This document shows positions 1 to 10,068 of a stretch of DNA of 64,000 nucleotides, piece by piece (the stretch's first letter is position 1; each line of letters begins with the position of its first letter). Source of the stretch: Limnothrix sp. BL-A-16 (GTDB lineage Bacteria; Cyanobacteriota; Cyanobacteriia; CACIAM-69d); NCBI GenBank assembly GCA_041937175.2, contig CP166615.1:3936001-4000000 (forward strand). Direction: 5' to 3'. Below the pieces are notes generated by a model. The model was not told where the DNA came from. It saw only the letters and a program-made list of their open reading frames with translations, and did not search any database. A program made the translations under genes and the position numbers.

Positions 1-302
1 GTTTGGATCTGAACAAGATCAAGAATGACATTCAGCCCTGGCAAGCTCGCCGCGCGGCTGAGTACATGACGCACGCTCCTCTGGGTTCGTTGAACTCGGT
101 GGGCGGTGTGGCGACCGAAATTAACTCGTTTAACTACGTGTCGCCCCGCGCTTGGTTGGCTACGTCGCACTTTGTGTTGGCGTTCTTCTTCCTGGTGGGT
201 CACCTGTGGCACGCTGGTCGCGCTCGCGCGGCTGAAGCGGGCTTCGAGAAGGGGATCAACCGCGAGAGCGAACCCGCGCTGGCGATGCCCGACCTCGACT
301 AA
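1..302 (+). CDS. psbC: Photosystem II CP43 protein, C-terminal part (truncated by window edge)
   Basis: [19 protein letters not shown] and [11 protein letters not shown] motifs; stop at 302. Confidence 0.98.
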   Translation, partial: LDLNKIKNDIQPWQARRAAEYMTHAPLGSLNSVGGVATEINSFNYVSPRAWLATSHFVLAFFFLVGHLWHAGRARAAEAGFEKGINRESEPALAMPDLD

Positions 303-363
303 TCGATCGAGCTGTTGGCAATTTGATCGGGTTTGTCCTGCGGGATGACCCGATCGCCCTTAA

Positions 364-399
364 CAGAGACCCTCGCTAGTCGGGGGTCTTTGTGTTTTT
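364..399 (+). terminator. Rho-independent terminator after psbC
   Basis: Stem cagagaccc(t)cg / cgggggtctttg followed by a T-rich tail; a second hairpin gatcgggt...acccgatc lies at 325-355. Confidence 0.75.
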
Positions 400-417
400 G
401 CAGGCGAGGCGAAAAAG

Positions 418-1098
418 ATGGCAGAGCTTGACCCCAGGGCCGCCCGAGAACGCTGGCAACGGGCACAACAATTAGCCCAAGAGACGGAGCAGGCCGCGAT
501 CGGGCGGTGGTCGGTGGCGGGTTTGCCTGGCTTGTTGCGCTTGCAGCGGGAACTGTGGGCTGCGGGCGATCGGGCGATTGCAGAGCGCCTGGAGCGGGCC
601 GATTGTTTTGTGGCCTGCGATCGGGGTTGTGATTGGTGCTGTTATCTGAACGTGCCGATCGCAGGGCTAGAAGCCCAGGTGATTGCCGATTGGATCAGAG
701 CGCTGCCGATGGCTCAACGGCGGCTGATGCTGGAGCGGTTGGCGCAAACCCTAGGGCAGCTCGAGTTGATGAACCCGGGCGATCGGCTCGGTCACAAAAT
801 CCCCTGCGCTTTTTTGGAACCCGATGGCACTTGCGGAATCTATCCCGTGCGGCCGGCCACCTGTCGATCGCACCACTCCACCTGTGCTGCCGATTGTCAA
901 CAGGGCTGGGAAACGGGCCAATGGCCGGCGCGATCGGGGCCGATCGATGCCCAGGTTTTTGACTTGGAAGCCCAGAACGCGGGGCTACAGGCGGCTTGCG
1001 TTGCCCTGGCAATTCCGTTGGCCACCGGGGAATTGCACCAAGCGCTTGGGATGCTGGTGCTCGATCGGCCACAGTTCAAGAACAACGGGTCAGGGTAA
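418..1098 (+). CDS. YkgJ-family CxxCxxCC cysteine-cluster protein
   Basis: CDRGCDWCC, CAFL and CGIYPVRPATCR motifs. Confidence 0.85.
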   Translation: MAELDPRAARERWQRAQQLAQETEQAAIGRWSVAGLPGLLRLQRELWAAGDRAIAERLERADCFVACDRGCDWCCYLNVPIAGLEAQVIADWIRALPMAQRRLMLERLAQTLGQLELMNPGDRLGHKIPCAFLEPDGTCGIYPVRPATCRSHHSTCAADCQQGWETGQWPARSGPIDAQVFDLEAQNAGLQAACVALAIPLATGELHQALGMLVLDRPQFKNNGSG

Positions 1099-1161
1099 CC
1101 GGCTAAGTTTTCCCAATTTCGCCTGAGACCAACAGCGGCCCTTTTCTCTTAAGGGCGGTTT

Positions 1162-1230
1162 CAGCGGTGAAGCTCAGCGGTGAATTTCAGTCATTCATTT
1201 CAACAGTGAATTTCAACAGTGAATTTCAAC
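1162..1230. repeat. Short tandem repeat, five in-phase 13-bp units (consensus CARCRGTGAATTT)
   Basis: cagcggtgaagct / cagcggtgaattt / cagtcattcattt / caacagtgaattt / caacagtgaattt. Confidence 0.85.
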
Positions 1231-1498
1231 GACGATCGGGCGATCGTACCTCTGAACCCGGCGCGTGAAACGGTTGAGCAACGGGCCCTTGGGATTGGGC
1301 ACGGGAAAACGCTGCCCACTGATCTAACCACTTGAAGGGCCAGCCCGCCCGATGATGCCAATTGGAAGCGGTGGCCAGAACCAAGCCCCCCACCCACAGC
1401 AGGGGAGTAGGCAACGTCACGGTTCGGAGCAACTGCCATAGTTCCGCCGCCAGAAAAAAACCGACTACCAAAACGAGCCACACTCGAAAATTCGCCAT
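1226..1498 (-). CDS. Small membrane hypothetical protein
   Basis: 90 aa with two hydrophobic segments; follows the lyase gene on the same strand. Confidence 0.65.
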   Translation of the reverse strand: MANFRVWLVLVVGFFLAAELWQLLRTVTLPTPLLWVGGLVLATASNWHHRAGWPFKWLDQWAAFSRAQSQGPVAQPFHAPGSEVRSPDRR

Positions 1499-1578
1499 TG
1501 TTGTTTCGATCGCCCCTCACGGCCCCAGTCTCGTCCAGATTGCTTGCCAGCCGTTGAACCCGGCACAACGGTTCTAGG

Positions 1579-2145
1579 CTAATTGATCTTCTGTTCAACA
1601 CCAAACCCCGCCAGCGCAATTTGATCCAACGGCGCATCCTCCGTGGCGGGGCGATGATAGTTCAAAATCCGCCGCAGGCGAAGGGTAGGATTCACCAGGG
1701 TGATGGAATCCACAGACACCACCCGTTGATAGTGGGTGGTCATCCTCAATTCCCGAGTGGCAACGGTGAAGTGAAATTGGGCCACCATCGGTTTGGCTTC
1801 CTCGTAGGCGCGATCGCGCAGGTAGTCGCCCTCCAGGATTGATCCCGTTTCAGCGTTGGGGACGAACAAAAAATTCAAGCTCTGGGCCACCCGCTCGCCA
1901 TGCTCGGAAACCGTTTGGAAGTCGAGGTGATAGCCCGGAATCTGGTCGAGATCGGCCCGATCGGGTCGTTCATTGTCCTGTAGGACTTGTTGCTTTTGCT
2001 CGAGTGAAATCGGGCGAATTTGAAATTCCGTGTGCGATCGCTCCACGGTTTGGTTGCGTAAGTAATGGTAGGTGCGTTCGGCGCTCCAGTCGCCAACACA
2101 ATGCTCAAAAAAGGTTTGAAATGGTTTTAGGGTTTGAAAAGTCAT
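1579..2145 (-). CDS. CpcS/CpeS-family (S/U/V-type) phycobiliprotein lyase
   Basis: FFEHCVGDWSAERTYHY N-terminus, YLRDRAYEE, LRLRRI. Confidence 0.85.
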   Translation of the reverse strand: MTFQTLKPFQTFFEHCVGDWSAERTYHYLRNQTVERSHTEFQIRPISLEQKQQVLQDNERPDRADLDQIPGYHLDFQTVSEHGERVAQSLNFLFVPNAETGSILEGDYLRDRAYEEAKPMVAQFHFTVATRELRMTTHYQRVVSVDSITLVNPTLRLRRILNYHRPATEDAPLDQIALAGFGVEQKIN

Positions 2146-2375
2146 CGGACGGTGGTTAGGGGCGGTGGATGGCGGCAGAACACTGAGCCGGCCGGATCGA
2201 TCGCTGGCGAATCGATCACCCAGGGCGATCGCGTCTCAACTTGGTTTGCACGGCGCTGCTTGAATTATCCAGGGTGGCTGCCTAGGGATAAACCCCATTG
2301 ACCGTCTAGCGATCACGACCCGACTAGTCTAGAATCGAAAGGTTGTCTGTTTGTCGCGACACGACACCTGATCGT

Positions 2376-2552
2376 ATGGCAGTCCCTAAGAAGAAAACCT
2401 CCAACGGCAAGCGCGATCAACGCCGTGCCACTTGGAAGCGCAAAGCCAATTTGCGTGCTCAGCAAGCCCTGTCCCTGGGCAAGTCGATCCTGACCGGTCG
2501 ATCGAATTTTGTCTTCCCCACCAAAGAAACCGAAGACGAAACCGAAGAATAA
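2376..2552 (+). CDS. rpmF: 50S ribosomal protein L32
   Basis: MAVPKKKTS...[13 protein letters not shown]. Confidence 0.97.
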   Translation: MAVPKKKTSNGKRDQRRATWKRKANLRAQQALSLGKSILTGRSNFVFPTKETEDETEE

Positions 2553-2828
2553 GTCATCTTGCGGCGGTTGATGTCGCTCTCTGCAAGTGCGCCACCACCG
2601 CCCTCGATCGCCCCGCCTGTTTTGCCTAGCCCAGTTACCTGAGTTTGGGTCAGCGCGGGTACTAAATCAGATTAATTACTTGATTCATTATTTATACAAT
2701 TCCTGACTCATTATCTCTGTTCAAGACTGTTTAAGATTAATCCAGTCGTCAACATCGAACCACATCGGAATCAGAAATTCTGAGAGCGCTTTAAAATCAA
2801 AACAGGAATGTTAAAACAAGACGACTCA

Positions 2829-2951
2829 GAGGATGTCTGAAAAGCCAAACTTGCTACTCGGTATGCCCCGATAATCGACGCAGACAAGGGGCTTAAGCCC
2901 CTTGCCCCCACGACACTGGCCCGTACTGAAAGACACTTCTCAGACATCCTC
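2829..2951 (+). mobile_element. MITE family A, copy 1 (123 bp)
   Basis: TIRs GAGGATGTCTGAAAAG / CTTCTCAGACATCCTC; TCA duplicated at 2826-2828 and 2952-2954; palindrome at 2885-2904. Confidence 0.9.
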
Positions 2952-3033
2952 TCAGGCAACTCTCCGATCAGATTTCAAGCCAGCAAACTTAAGCAAGTGT
3001 TTTCTCAGTCAGTCTCTACCCGGTGCTGCGACT

Positions 3034-3642
3034 ATGCTAGGCAAGTTTTTTCAAAAACCAGAACCCAATCAGGGCGATCGCGTGCCGCCGGGTCAATACT
3101 TAGCCACGGGGTTTCCGGTGCTGACCTATGGCGATACACCGGACATTCACCTAGAGGATTGGGAACTGGAGGTTTGGGGTTGTGCCCAGCCGGTCAAGCT
3201 TCGTTGGCATGACCTGATGGCCATGCCCCAGTCGGACTTCACGGCGGATTTTCACTGCGTTACCCGCTGGTCCAAGCTGGATGTGCAGTGGCGCGGGGTG
3301 AAGGTGACGGACTTTATGCGGGCGATCGATCTGGATCCGAAGGCAGTGCATGTGATGCAGCACTGCTATGGGGACTACACCACTAACTTGGCGATCGAGG
3401 ATTTCCTGCGCGAGGAAAACTTCTTTGCGCATACGTTGTTTGGCGAACCTTTGCCCCCGGATCATGGCGGGCCGCTGCGGTTGGTGGTTCCCCATTTATA
3501 TGCTTGGAAAAGCGGCAAGTGGCTGAAGGGCTTGGAATTTTTGGATCACGAAGCCCTGGGTTTTTGGGAACGCAATGGTTACCACAAGCGCGGTGAACCC
3601 TGGGCGGAGGAACGGTATGCCGGGCGTGGCTTGTTCCTTTAG
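3034..3642 (+). CDS. Sulfite-oxidase-like molybdopterin-dependent oxidoreductase
   Basis: RVPPGQ, DFHCVTRWS, HGGPLRLVVPHLYAWKSGKW, GFWERNGYH. Confidence 0.92.
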   Translation: MLGKFFQKPEPNQGDRVPPGQYLATGFPVLTYGDTPDIHLEDWELEVWGCAQPVKLRWHDLMAMPQSDFTADFHCVTRWSKLDVQWRGVKVTDFMRAIDLDPKAVHVMQHCYGDYTTNLAIEDFLREENFFAHTLFGEPLPPDHGGPLRLVVPHLYAWKSGKWLKGLEFLDHEALGFWERNGYHKRGEPWAEERYAGRGLFL

Positions 3643-3663
3643 CCTGAAATCCTGAATACGGAT

Positions 3664-4218
3664 ATGGGTGCAACTCCCGCAATTAATCCCGTCATGAATA
3701 CCGAAGATACCGGGCGAAAGCACGAGCAGGAACCAAAACCAGGGCTAGAGCCAAAACAACAACCTTTCACCACTGGCGATCGAACTGATCCATCACAGAA
3801 CCCTGACCAGGGGCCAAAAAACGTTTTGGGCGGGCCGCTGGCGCTCTGTGGCCAAAATCCGGTCACGGGGTTCTATCGCACGGGCTGTTGCGAAACGGGG
3901 CCGCTTGATCGGGGATCCCATACGGTTTGTGCCCAGGTGACGGCAGCATTTTTGGAATTCACCCGATCGCGCGGCAATGATCTGAGCACTCCGCTACCTT
4001 GGGCTGATTTTCCGGGGCTGAAACCGGGCGATCGGTGGTGTCTATGCGCCAGTCGGTGGCTAGAGGCCGTGGCGGCCGGGGCGGCTCCGCCTGTGGATTT
4101 GCAAGCAACCCATGAGGCTGCCCTGCGAATTGTGCCCCTAGAGGCCTTAAAGCGCCATGCCTTGTCCCGATCGCCCGAGGCCAGCTCAGATGGGACTCAG
4201 CCAAATCAGGCCAGTTAA
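3664..4218 (+). CDS. DUF2237-family protein
   Basis: NVLG...PVTGFYRTGCC...GLKPGDRWCLCASRW; start uncertain. Confidence 0.9.
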   Translation: MGATPAINPVMNTEDTGRKHEQEPKPGLEPKQQPFTTGDRTDPSQNPDQGPKNVLGGPLALCGQNPVTGFYRTGCCETGPLDRGSHTVCAQVTAAFLEFTRSRGNDLSTPLPWADFPGLKPGDRWCLCASRWLEAVAAGAAPPVDLQATHEAALRIVPLEALKRHALSRSPEASSDGTQPNQAS

Positions 4219-4302
4219 CCGAATCAGGCCAGTTAAATATAAACAAATCAGGCCAGTTAAATATAAATAACTTAGACAAATTGGGCAGATTAGACCAGTT
4301 AG
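4204..4302. repeat. Three exact copies of AATCAGGCCAGTTAA plus one degenerate copy
   Basis: Copies at 4204-4218, 4222-4236, 4246-4260; degenerate at ~4289-4302; the first copy contains the DUF2237 stop codon. Confidence 0.85.
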
Positions 4303-4491
4303 GTGTGATCCCCGTAATCTATAGCATTTCGGTTGATTGCGACTCATTGCAAAAGACCAAGGGTGAGTAATCACTCCCAAGGGCTGTAAGGCAAGGCTAG
4401 CCGTCGTTTTCAGGGCTGTGCAGTACGGTTTTCCCACAATTCTTCGCTAGATTGTCAGAGCAGGTCAGGGTACAGTAGAAGCAGGTCAGCA

Positions 4492-4685
4492 ACCTGCTTG
4501 GCAAACACCCTAGCGATACACCAACGCAGCAAAACACTGCATGAGGCGATCGTCCTAGCTTGGCTCAAGTAGCAATGGAATTGGGAGTGAGCCTTGGGAC
4601 TGAGAACCTTACCCGGTTCCAGACTCGTCCTCTACACCCTTGAGGCTTGTTCACCGAATCTGCGCTGCGTTTGCTGTGCAGGCTT
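4492..4685 (+). ncRNA. ssrS: Probable 6S RNA (ends approximate)
   Basis: Rod-like fold with internal bulge: tggaattggg/cccggttcca, gtag/ctac, ctcaag/cttgag, and closing stem cctgc..gcaaac / gtttgc..gcagg; -10-like TACAGT at 4471-4476; core resembles cyanobacterial 6S RNA from recall; strand inferred. Confidence 0.65.
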
Positions 4686-4882
4686 AACGCTCGGTTGTGC
4701 TGGCTGATGGGCCCCTGTTGCAACAAACCTAACCCTTGGCATTTTGCCAAGACTCGATCGAGTCGTTCCAACGACGACACCAGAGCCGATCGAAACTTTC
4801 TGGCAAACTCGCGGCGCGATCGCGAATATTTTTGCCAAACTATTCGGACGGACTCGGCTTTTATTGGGAGGGCCATCGTCAA

Positions 4883-5116
4883 GTGTCTGACAACACCAAC
4901 ATCCACGAACAAATCGAAGAAGAACGGCAGGCTGCACGCGAAGCGTGCAGCACGAACGGAGTTCACTCGCCTGAATGTGCGGCTGCTTGGGATGCACTGG
5001 AAGAACTGCAAGCCGAAGCATCGCATCAAAAAGAAGGGCACCCTGAAAAGAATTCCTTTGAAAAGTATTGCGATGACAACCCAGATGCGGCTGAATGCCG
5101 TCTCTACGACGACTAA
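4883..5116 (+). CDS. cp12: Calvin cycle regulatory protein CP12
   Basis: ECAAAWDALEEL and YCDDNPDAAECRLYDD; both Cys pairs present; GTG start. Confidence 0.95.
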   Translation: MSDNTNIHEQIEEERQAAREACSTNGVHSPECAAAWDALEELQAEASHQKEGHPEKNSFEKYCDDNPDAAECRLYDD

Positions 5117-5398
5117 GCCATAGTGCTTCTCGGTCATCTAGCAAAAGTTTGGCAGCCGAACCCCCATTCAAAATCCCAAGACTGATCACCTGAAGATTCA
5201 TGATTTGGGGCGTTCGGCCACTGGCGAATCACTCACATGAGTGCTGATTTCTGACTCGGCCTGCGGGCCGACGTGCAGGTTTTGGTCTTTTCGCTCTCGT
5301 TTGAAATCTGGCCCCAGGGCCGCAGCAACAGGATGCGCAGTCAAAGCGTTATCCTGTTTTTGCTTTTTGGGCCCATGGGGCCGATCGAGGACAAAACC

Positions 5399-6112
5399 GT
5401 GAGTGGCGATCGAGTAATTGTGGCGCTGGATGTGTCTACCTATGAGGCGGCGATCGCTTGGGTCGATCGCTTGCCGGAGGTGTCGTTCTGGAAAGTGGGT
5501 TTGGAGCTGTTCATCAGTGCGGGCCCCGCGATCGTACAGGAATTGAAGCAGCGACAAAAGCGGGTTTTTCTGGATCTGAAGCTCCATGACATTCCCAACA
5601 CCATGGCCGGGGCGGCCCGGGCCGTGGGGCGTTATGGCGTGGATTTGTTGACGGTGCATGGGGCTGCGGGGCTGACGGCCTTGGAAGCGGCCCAAACGGC
5701 GGCGATTGCAGGGGCTGCCGAAGCGGGCGCTACGCCGCCCCAACTGATTGCCGTGACCCTGCTCACCAGCATTGGCCCCGAGTGCTTGGCGGCCGATTTG
5801 CAGGTGTCTGCGAGCGTGGCTGACTACACCGCCCATTTGGCGCAATTGGCGAAAACGGCTGGTTTGGCGGGGGCCGTTTGTTCTCCCCAGGAGGCAACGA
5901 CCTTGCGATCGCACTGTGGCTCTGACTTTCTGTTGGTTTGTCCTGGGGTGCGGCCGGCTTGGGCCGCATCCGGCGATCAACAGCGCACCCTCACGCCTGC
6001 CGAGGCTTTCGCGGCCGGAGCCAGTTATTTGGTGGTGGGCCGACCGGTGACGGCGGCGGCGGATCCGGTGGCAGCTTGGGAGCGGCTGGTGGCTGAGGTC
6101 GCCAGCCGCTAG
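5399..6112 (+). CDS. pyrF: Orotidine-5'-phosphate decarboxylase
   Basis: [37 protein letters not shown]; start could be 5375. Confidence 0.96.
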   Translation: MSGDRVIVALDVSTYEAAIAWVDRLPEVSFWKVGLELFISAGPAIVQELKQRQKRVFLDLKLHDIPNTMAGAARAVGRYGVDLLTVHGAAGLTALEAAQTAAIAGAAEAGATPPQLIAVTLLTSIGPECLAADLQVSASVADYTAHLAQLAKTAGLAGAVCSPQEATTLRSHCGSDFLLVCPGVRPAWAASGDQQRTLTPAEAFAAGASYLVVGRPVTAAADPVAAWERLVAEVASR

Positions 6113-6293
6113 ACCTGATGCAATTTCGCCCAAGGCGGGTGAGCGGTTCGATCGCGGTTGATGTCATCCTATTGCTATTGCGTTTTTTGCAATTGCCCTT
6201 TGCGATTGCCCTTTGCGATGGCGATGGCGATCGCATTCATTAGCCACTGCATTTTCATTCCCCAGGATTCAATCAAAAGGATTTGGTCAAACC

Positions 6294-6575
6294 ATGGCGC
6301 AAACGACTGGAGCAGACGCGATCGATGTGGCGATCGAGCAGGGGATTGATTTTGACGGAACGCCGATCCCGGTCGCGCGTCTGGAACTCTATCGCAAGGT
6401 GATGGCCATTGAAGCCCAGCGCCAACGCAGCGGCGTGACCAACACCATGCGATCGCGAATTGTGCGAATTGGGGCTAAGCACTTTGCCCAAGCGGAATTA
6501 AATCAAATGTTGCTGGATGCTGACCTGACCCCGCTCAAGGAGAAGGAAATTGCGTTTTACTACGGCGGCAAATAG
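6294..6575 (+). CDS. Conserved cyanobacterial protein (DUF4090-like)
   Basis: TTGADAIDVAI...GIDFDG...RQRSGV..TMRSRIVRIGAKH. Confidence 0.8.
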   Translation: MAQTTGADAIDVAIEQGIDFDGTPIPVARLELYRKVMAIEAQRQRSGVTNTMRSRIVRIGAKHFAQAELNQMLLDADLTPLKEKEIAFYYGGK

Positions 6576-6579
6576 CCTA

Positions 6580-6721
6580 GTTGCACAGCAAGCGTATTTT
6601 GATAGGTCAAATCAAATGACGGTTACCGTTACCAGACCGTTAGGCAGCAAGGGGCTTAAGCCCCTTGTTACAACGGCTGGCTCCGCAACGTTGACCCAGC
6701 GAATTAGGGCAGCCGTGCCAT
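6580..6721 (+). mobile_element. MITE family C, copy 1 (~142 bp)
   Basis: Imperfect TIRs GTTGCACAGC / GCCGTGCCAT; body homologous to 46467-46627; palindrome at 6648-6667. Confidence 0.7.
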
Positions 6722-7806
6722 CACTGGGGCGATCGGGCCTGATTTTTGGGGCGATCGGGCTGGGGTTGGGCTTGGGGGCCCAGCCCTTGGCGGCGGCCCC
6801 CAGCAACCCGCTCACCCCCTTGCAACGGTTGCAAACCACCCGTGCCTGCGTTGAGTGTGACCTGTCTGGGGTTGATCTGAGCGGCTTGGACTTGCGGGGC
6901 GTTGACTTGCAGCGAGCCACACTGACGGCAGCGGTTTTGAACGGGGCGAACCTGCGCGGGGCCCGGCTCGATGGCATTGCCGGCCAGGAAGCCCAGTTTC
7001 GGGATGCGGATTTGAGCGGGGCCACCCTGACCGATGCGCGGATGCGTGGGGCCAAGTTCCAGCGGGCTAACCTCACGGAAGCGGTGTTGGATAAGGCTCG
7101 CCTGCGGGAAGCGAACTTTCGAGGCGCAACCCTGACCCGCGCCAGTTTGGTGCAGAGCCTGTTGGTGGCCAGTCGCCTCAAGGAAGCGAACTTGCAGGGG
7201 GCTGATCTGCGGTTTGCCCAGTTGGATGGGGCGGATTTGTCCGATGCTCAGTTGCGATCGAGCAAGTTGGTGCGATCGAGCCTGACGGGAGCTACCCTAC
7301 TGGGGGCAAACCTGGTGATGGCTAACTTTGAAGGGGCCAATCTCTCCCAAGCCAAGCTGGGCGGCGCGGACGGGTTTCAAGCCAACTTTGCCAATGCTCT
7401 GTTGTTGGGGGCGGGCCTGCGGCAAACCAACTTGGAAGAAGCCAACCTCAGCAGTGTGAAGGCGGTAGGGGCGCGGTTTTTGGAAACGAACCTCCGCAGC
7501 GCGATCGCCACGGGAGCCGACTTCACCCAAGCTGACTTCAGCAAGGCCAATCTCCAGCGGGCGGGTCTCAGCTTGGCGGTGTTTCGGCAAGCGCGCCTGA
7601 TTGGCACGAATCTGCAACAGGCCAAGATGGGAGGGGCCGTGATGCAAGGGGCTGTGCTCACCGATGCTCGGCTCGATCGCGCCTACCTGGCCCAGGCGGA
7701 CTTACGAAGCATCGTGACCCGCAACACCAATTTCACCGGAGCCACCTTAGACGGAGCCGTGACCCGTGGGGCTGACCTATCTGGGGCGATCGGCTGGGTG
7801 CAATAG
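6616..7806 (+). CDS. Secreted pentapeptide-repeat protein
   Basis: Hydrophobic signal-like segment, CVECDLSG, long A(D/N)LXX array; start (ATG 6616 or GTG 6715) lies inside MITE C1. Confidence 0.88.
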   Translation: MTVTVTRPLGSKGLKPLVTTAGSATLTQRIRAAVPSLGRSGLIFGAIGLGLGLGAQPLAAAPSNPLTPLQRLQTTRACVECDLSGVDLSGLDLRGVDLQRATLTAAVLNGANLRGARLDGIAGQEAQFRDADLSGATLTDARMRGAKFQRANLTEAVLDKARLREANFRGATLTRASLVQSLLVASRLKEANLQGADLRFAQLDGADLSDAQLRSSKLVRSSLTGATLLGANLVMANFEGANLSQAKLGGADGFQANFANALLLGAGLRQTNLEEANLSSVKAVGARFLETNLRSAIATGADFTQADFSKANLQRAGLSLAVFRQARLIGTNLQQAKMGGAVMQGAVLTDARLDRAYLAQADLRSIVTRNTNFTGATLDGAVTRGADLSGAIGWVQ

Positions 7807-7999
7807 GCCGTTGATCAAGTTGATCAACCCGCTAGCCGATTGATCAAATGGGTCGATCGATCGGGTCAATTTCCATGGGCGATCGCGCTGATTGGGCGAT
7901 CGCCTCGTTCGGTCAATGGTTGGTTTAAGGGGCAAATTTCTGGATCACCCAATGGTGGGATCACAGATTATTTTGATTGGTTTGACCCCAATTATTCAT

Positions 8000-8221
8000 T
8001 TATTCATTGGGTTTTTGGTCGCGGGGAAAGCCACCAATCAGGCCGCTTTCAATCATCAACCCCACGCCGGCATTAATCACCGCCAGGGCGATCGTGCCCC
8101 ACCAAAACCAAGAATCGCCGTTAATGCGGCGTGTTACCGCTTCCCCAAATAAACAAAGACCCAAGGGAAACAGCAACACACCCGCTTGGGCTTTGATATA
8201 CCAAGTCCACTTTTTACTCAT
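8000..8221 (-). CDS. Small two-TM hypothetical protein
   Basis: 73 aa with two hydrophobic helices (…WFWWGTIALAVIN…). Confidence 0.6.
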   Translation of the reverse strand: MSKKWTWYIKAQAGVLLFPLGLCLFGEAVTRRINGDSWFWWGTIALAVINAGVGLMIESGLIGGFPRDQKPNE

Positions 8222-8406
8222 CGGTCTGTTTTGCGCTTTTGTGCTTTTTGTTTGTACTTTTTTGATGGAGCTTGTGCTCTTTGATTCGGTGCTCGGGAAT
8301 CTGATTAGGGCAAATCTTGATCGATCGGGGGATTGGAATCAAGACCCGAGGAATTTGGGCCGCAATCGATCGGGCGATCGAACCCATGGGGCGGCCTAAA
8401 TTCAAG

Positions 8407-8814
8407 CTATTGATTCTTCATCTTGATCTGTTCTGCCGACAGACCATAATTCGATTCAATGTCGATCGCGGCGGAACCCCCCTTCACCATCAGGCTAAAC
8501 ATCGATCCCATTTGCAGCCAAATGAAGATCGCCGTGGGAACCACCACCAACAGGCTCACCCCATAGGCCAACAGGGTAAAAAATCCCAAAACCTTCAGGC
8601 TTTCGCCCATGCACAAAAAGGTGAACACCGCCAAACCCAAGTAGGCGATGCGCATTTGGGGCTTTTTATATTCCACGGTGGGCTGGGTGCTGCGGTTTTC
8701 ATACCAGCGGTTCACCTGAAATTCCAGCATGTTCTTAAAAATTTGCCCAAAGGCCAGGGCAAAGAACAGGGTAACCAGAACGAATTGCGTGCTGTGGGGA
8801 CTGCTGTAGATCAT
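8407..8814 (-). CDS. Conserved cyanobacterial membrane protein
   Basis: 135 aa with three TM segments; IWLQMGSM...GGSAAIDI C-terminus. Confidence 0.7.
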   Translation of the reverse strand: MIYSSPHSTQFVLVTLFFALAFGQIFKNMLEFQVNRWYENRSTQPTVEYKKPQMRIAYLGLAVFTFLCMGESLKVLGFFTLLAYGVSLLVVVPTAIFIWLQMGSMFSLMVKGGSAAIDIESNYGLSAEQIKMKNQ

Positions 8815-8988
8815 GGTTTGCAGGGCAGGGTTTGAAGGTCCGTTAAATCGAGCGATCGAGGCGGGGTTTTGTAACGGAATTGCAACAAAGTTGGTGTTGC
8901 CATCCTACCGCATCCGCTGGGCTGGCCGGCTCGATCGCCCCGCAATTCAGCTTAGAATGCAGCCTAGTTTCCGTCAGAGCGTGATCTC

Positions 8989-10068
8989 ATGGGTCTGCTA
9001 TTGCACCATTTTTCCCGTTGCGGGCCGGGTCGGGCTGTTCGGGCGATCGGGCTGGGGCTGTTGGTCGGGGCGATCGGGACAGTAGGCGGCCCGCTTCAGT
9101 CGCCTGCCCGTTCCAGCGTGGTGTTAACGGTGGATCCCCAAGGCAATGATGCGGCTGCCCGATCGGGCCGCGGCAGCTTCCGCACCATCACCAGCGCCCT
9201 TGACCATGCGAGCCAATACAGCAATGGGGTCACCATTCGTCTGGCTCCGGGCCGCTACAGTGCGGAATTAGGCGAGCAGTTTCCCCTGCGTGTGCCCGAT
9301 GGGGTGACCCTCAGCGGCGATCTGGACGGCCAGGGCCAAGCGGTGGTCATTCAAGGGGCCGGCGGCTTCAGCAGTCGCAGTTTCTCGCAACAGGCCGTGG
9401 CGATCGCCCTGACGGGGAGCGGGTCAGTGTTGGGGGTCACGGTCAGCAATCCGGTGCCACGCGGTACGGGCATTTGGGTGGAAAGCGACGGAGCCACGCC
9501 CGTGATCGCCAACAATCGCCTTTTGAACAACCATCGCGACGGCATTTTCGTGACGGGGCGGGCCCAACCGCAAATTTTGCGCAATTGGTTCCAAAACAAT
9601 GGCGGCAATGGCCTGTCCATCACCCGTGATGCGGGGGGGATTGTGCGCGAAAACCGGTTTCAGGCAACGGGGTTTGGTCTGGCGATCGGGGGCAATGCCA
9701 GCCCGGTGATTCAAGACAACCAAATTACCCAAAACCGAGACGGGGTGGTGATTTCTAATCAGGCCCAACCGCTGCTGCGCCGTAACCAAATTGAAGGTAA
9801 CAGTAACGATGGGTTGGTGATGATTGATCGCGCCCAGCCGGATTTGGGCACGGCCTTCAGTCCCGGCGAGAATCGCATTCTGAATAATGGTCGCTACGCA
9901 ATCTATAACGCCACCAAGGGAACGACGGTTTCGGCGGTGGGCAATGAGTTAGATCGATCGCGGGTGATGGGATCGGTGCTGCTGTCTTGGGGTGGCTTCG
10001 GGGGATCGCAATCGATCGCCCCAGGATTCCGCCCGATCGCCCCTATCCTCTCGTTTCAACGACCATGA
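8989..10068 (+). CDS. DUF1565 / right-handed parallel beta-helix protein, probably exported
   Basis: VDPQGND...FRTITSAL...LAPGRYS...GEQFPL; Asn/Gly beta-helix repeats. Confidence 0.85.
   Translation: MGLLLHHFSRCGPGRAVRAIGLGLLVGAIGTVGGPLQSPARSSVVLTVDPQGNDAAARSGRGSFRTITSALDHASQYSNGVTIRLAPGRYSAELGEQFPLRVPDGVTLSGDLDGQGQAVVIQGAGGFSSRSFSQQAVAIALTGSGSVLGVTVSNPVPRGTGIWVESDGATPVIANNRLLNNHRDGIFVTGRAQPQILRNWFQNNGGNGLSITRDAGGIVRENRFQATGFGLAIGGNASPVIQDNQITQNRDGVVISNQAQPLLRRNQIEGNSNDGLVMIDRAQPDLGTAFSPGENRILNNGRYAIYNATKGTTVSAVGNELDRSRVMGSVLLSWGGFGGSQSIAPGFRPIAPILSFQRP

Noticed and set aside
4204..4302. Mini CRISPR array
   Set aside because: Repeats are only 15 bp with 3-9 bp spacers, and there are no cas genes in the window.
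5198..6133. 311-aa minus-strand ORF
   Set aside because: Antisense shadow of pyrF; typical of high-GC DNA.
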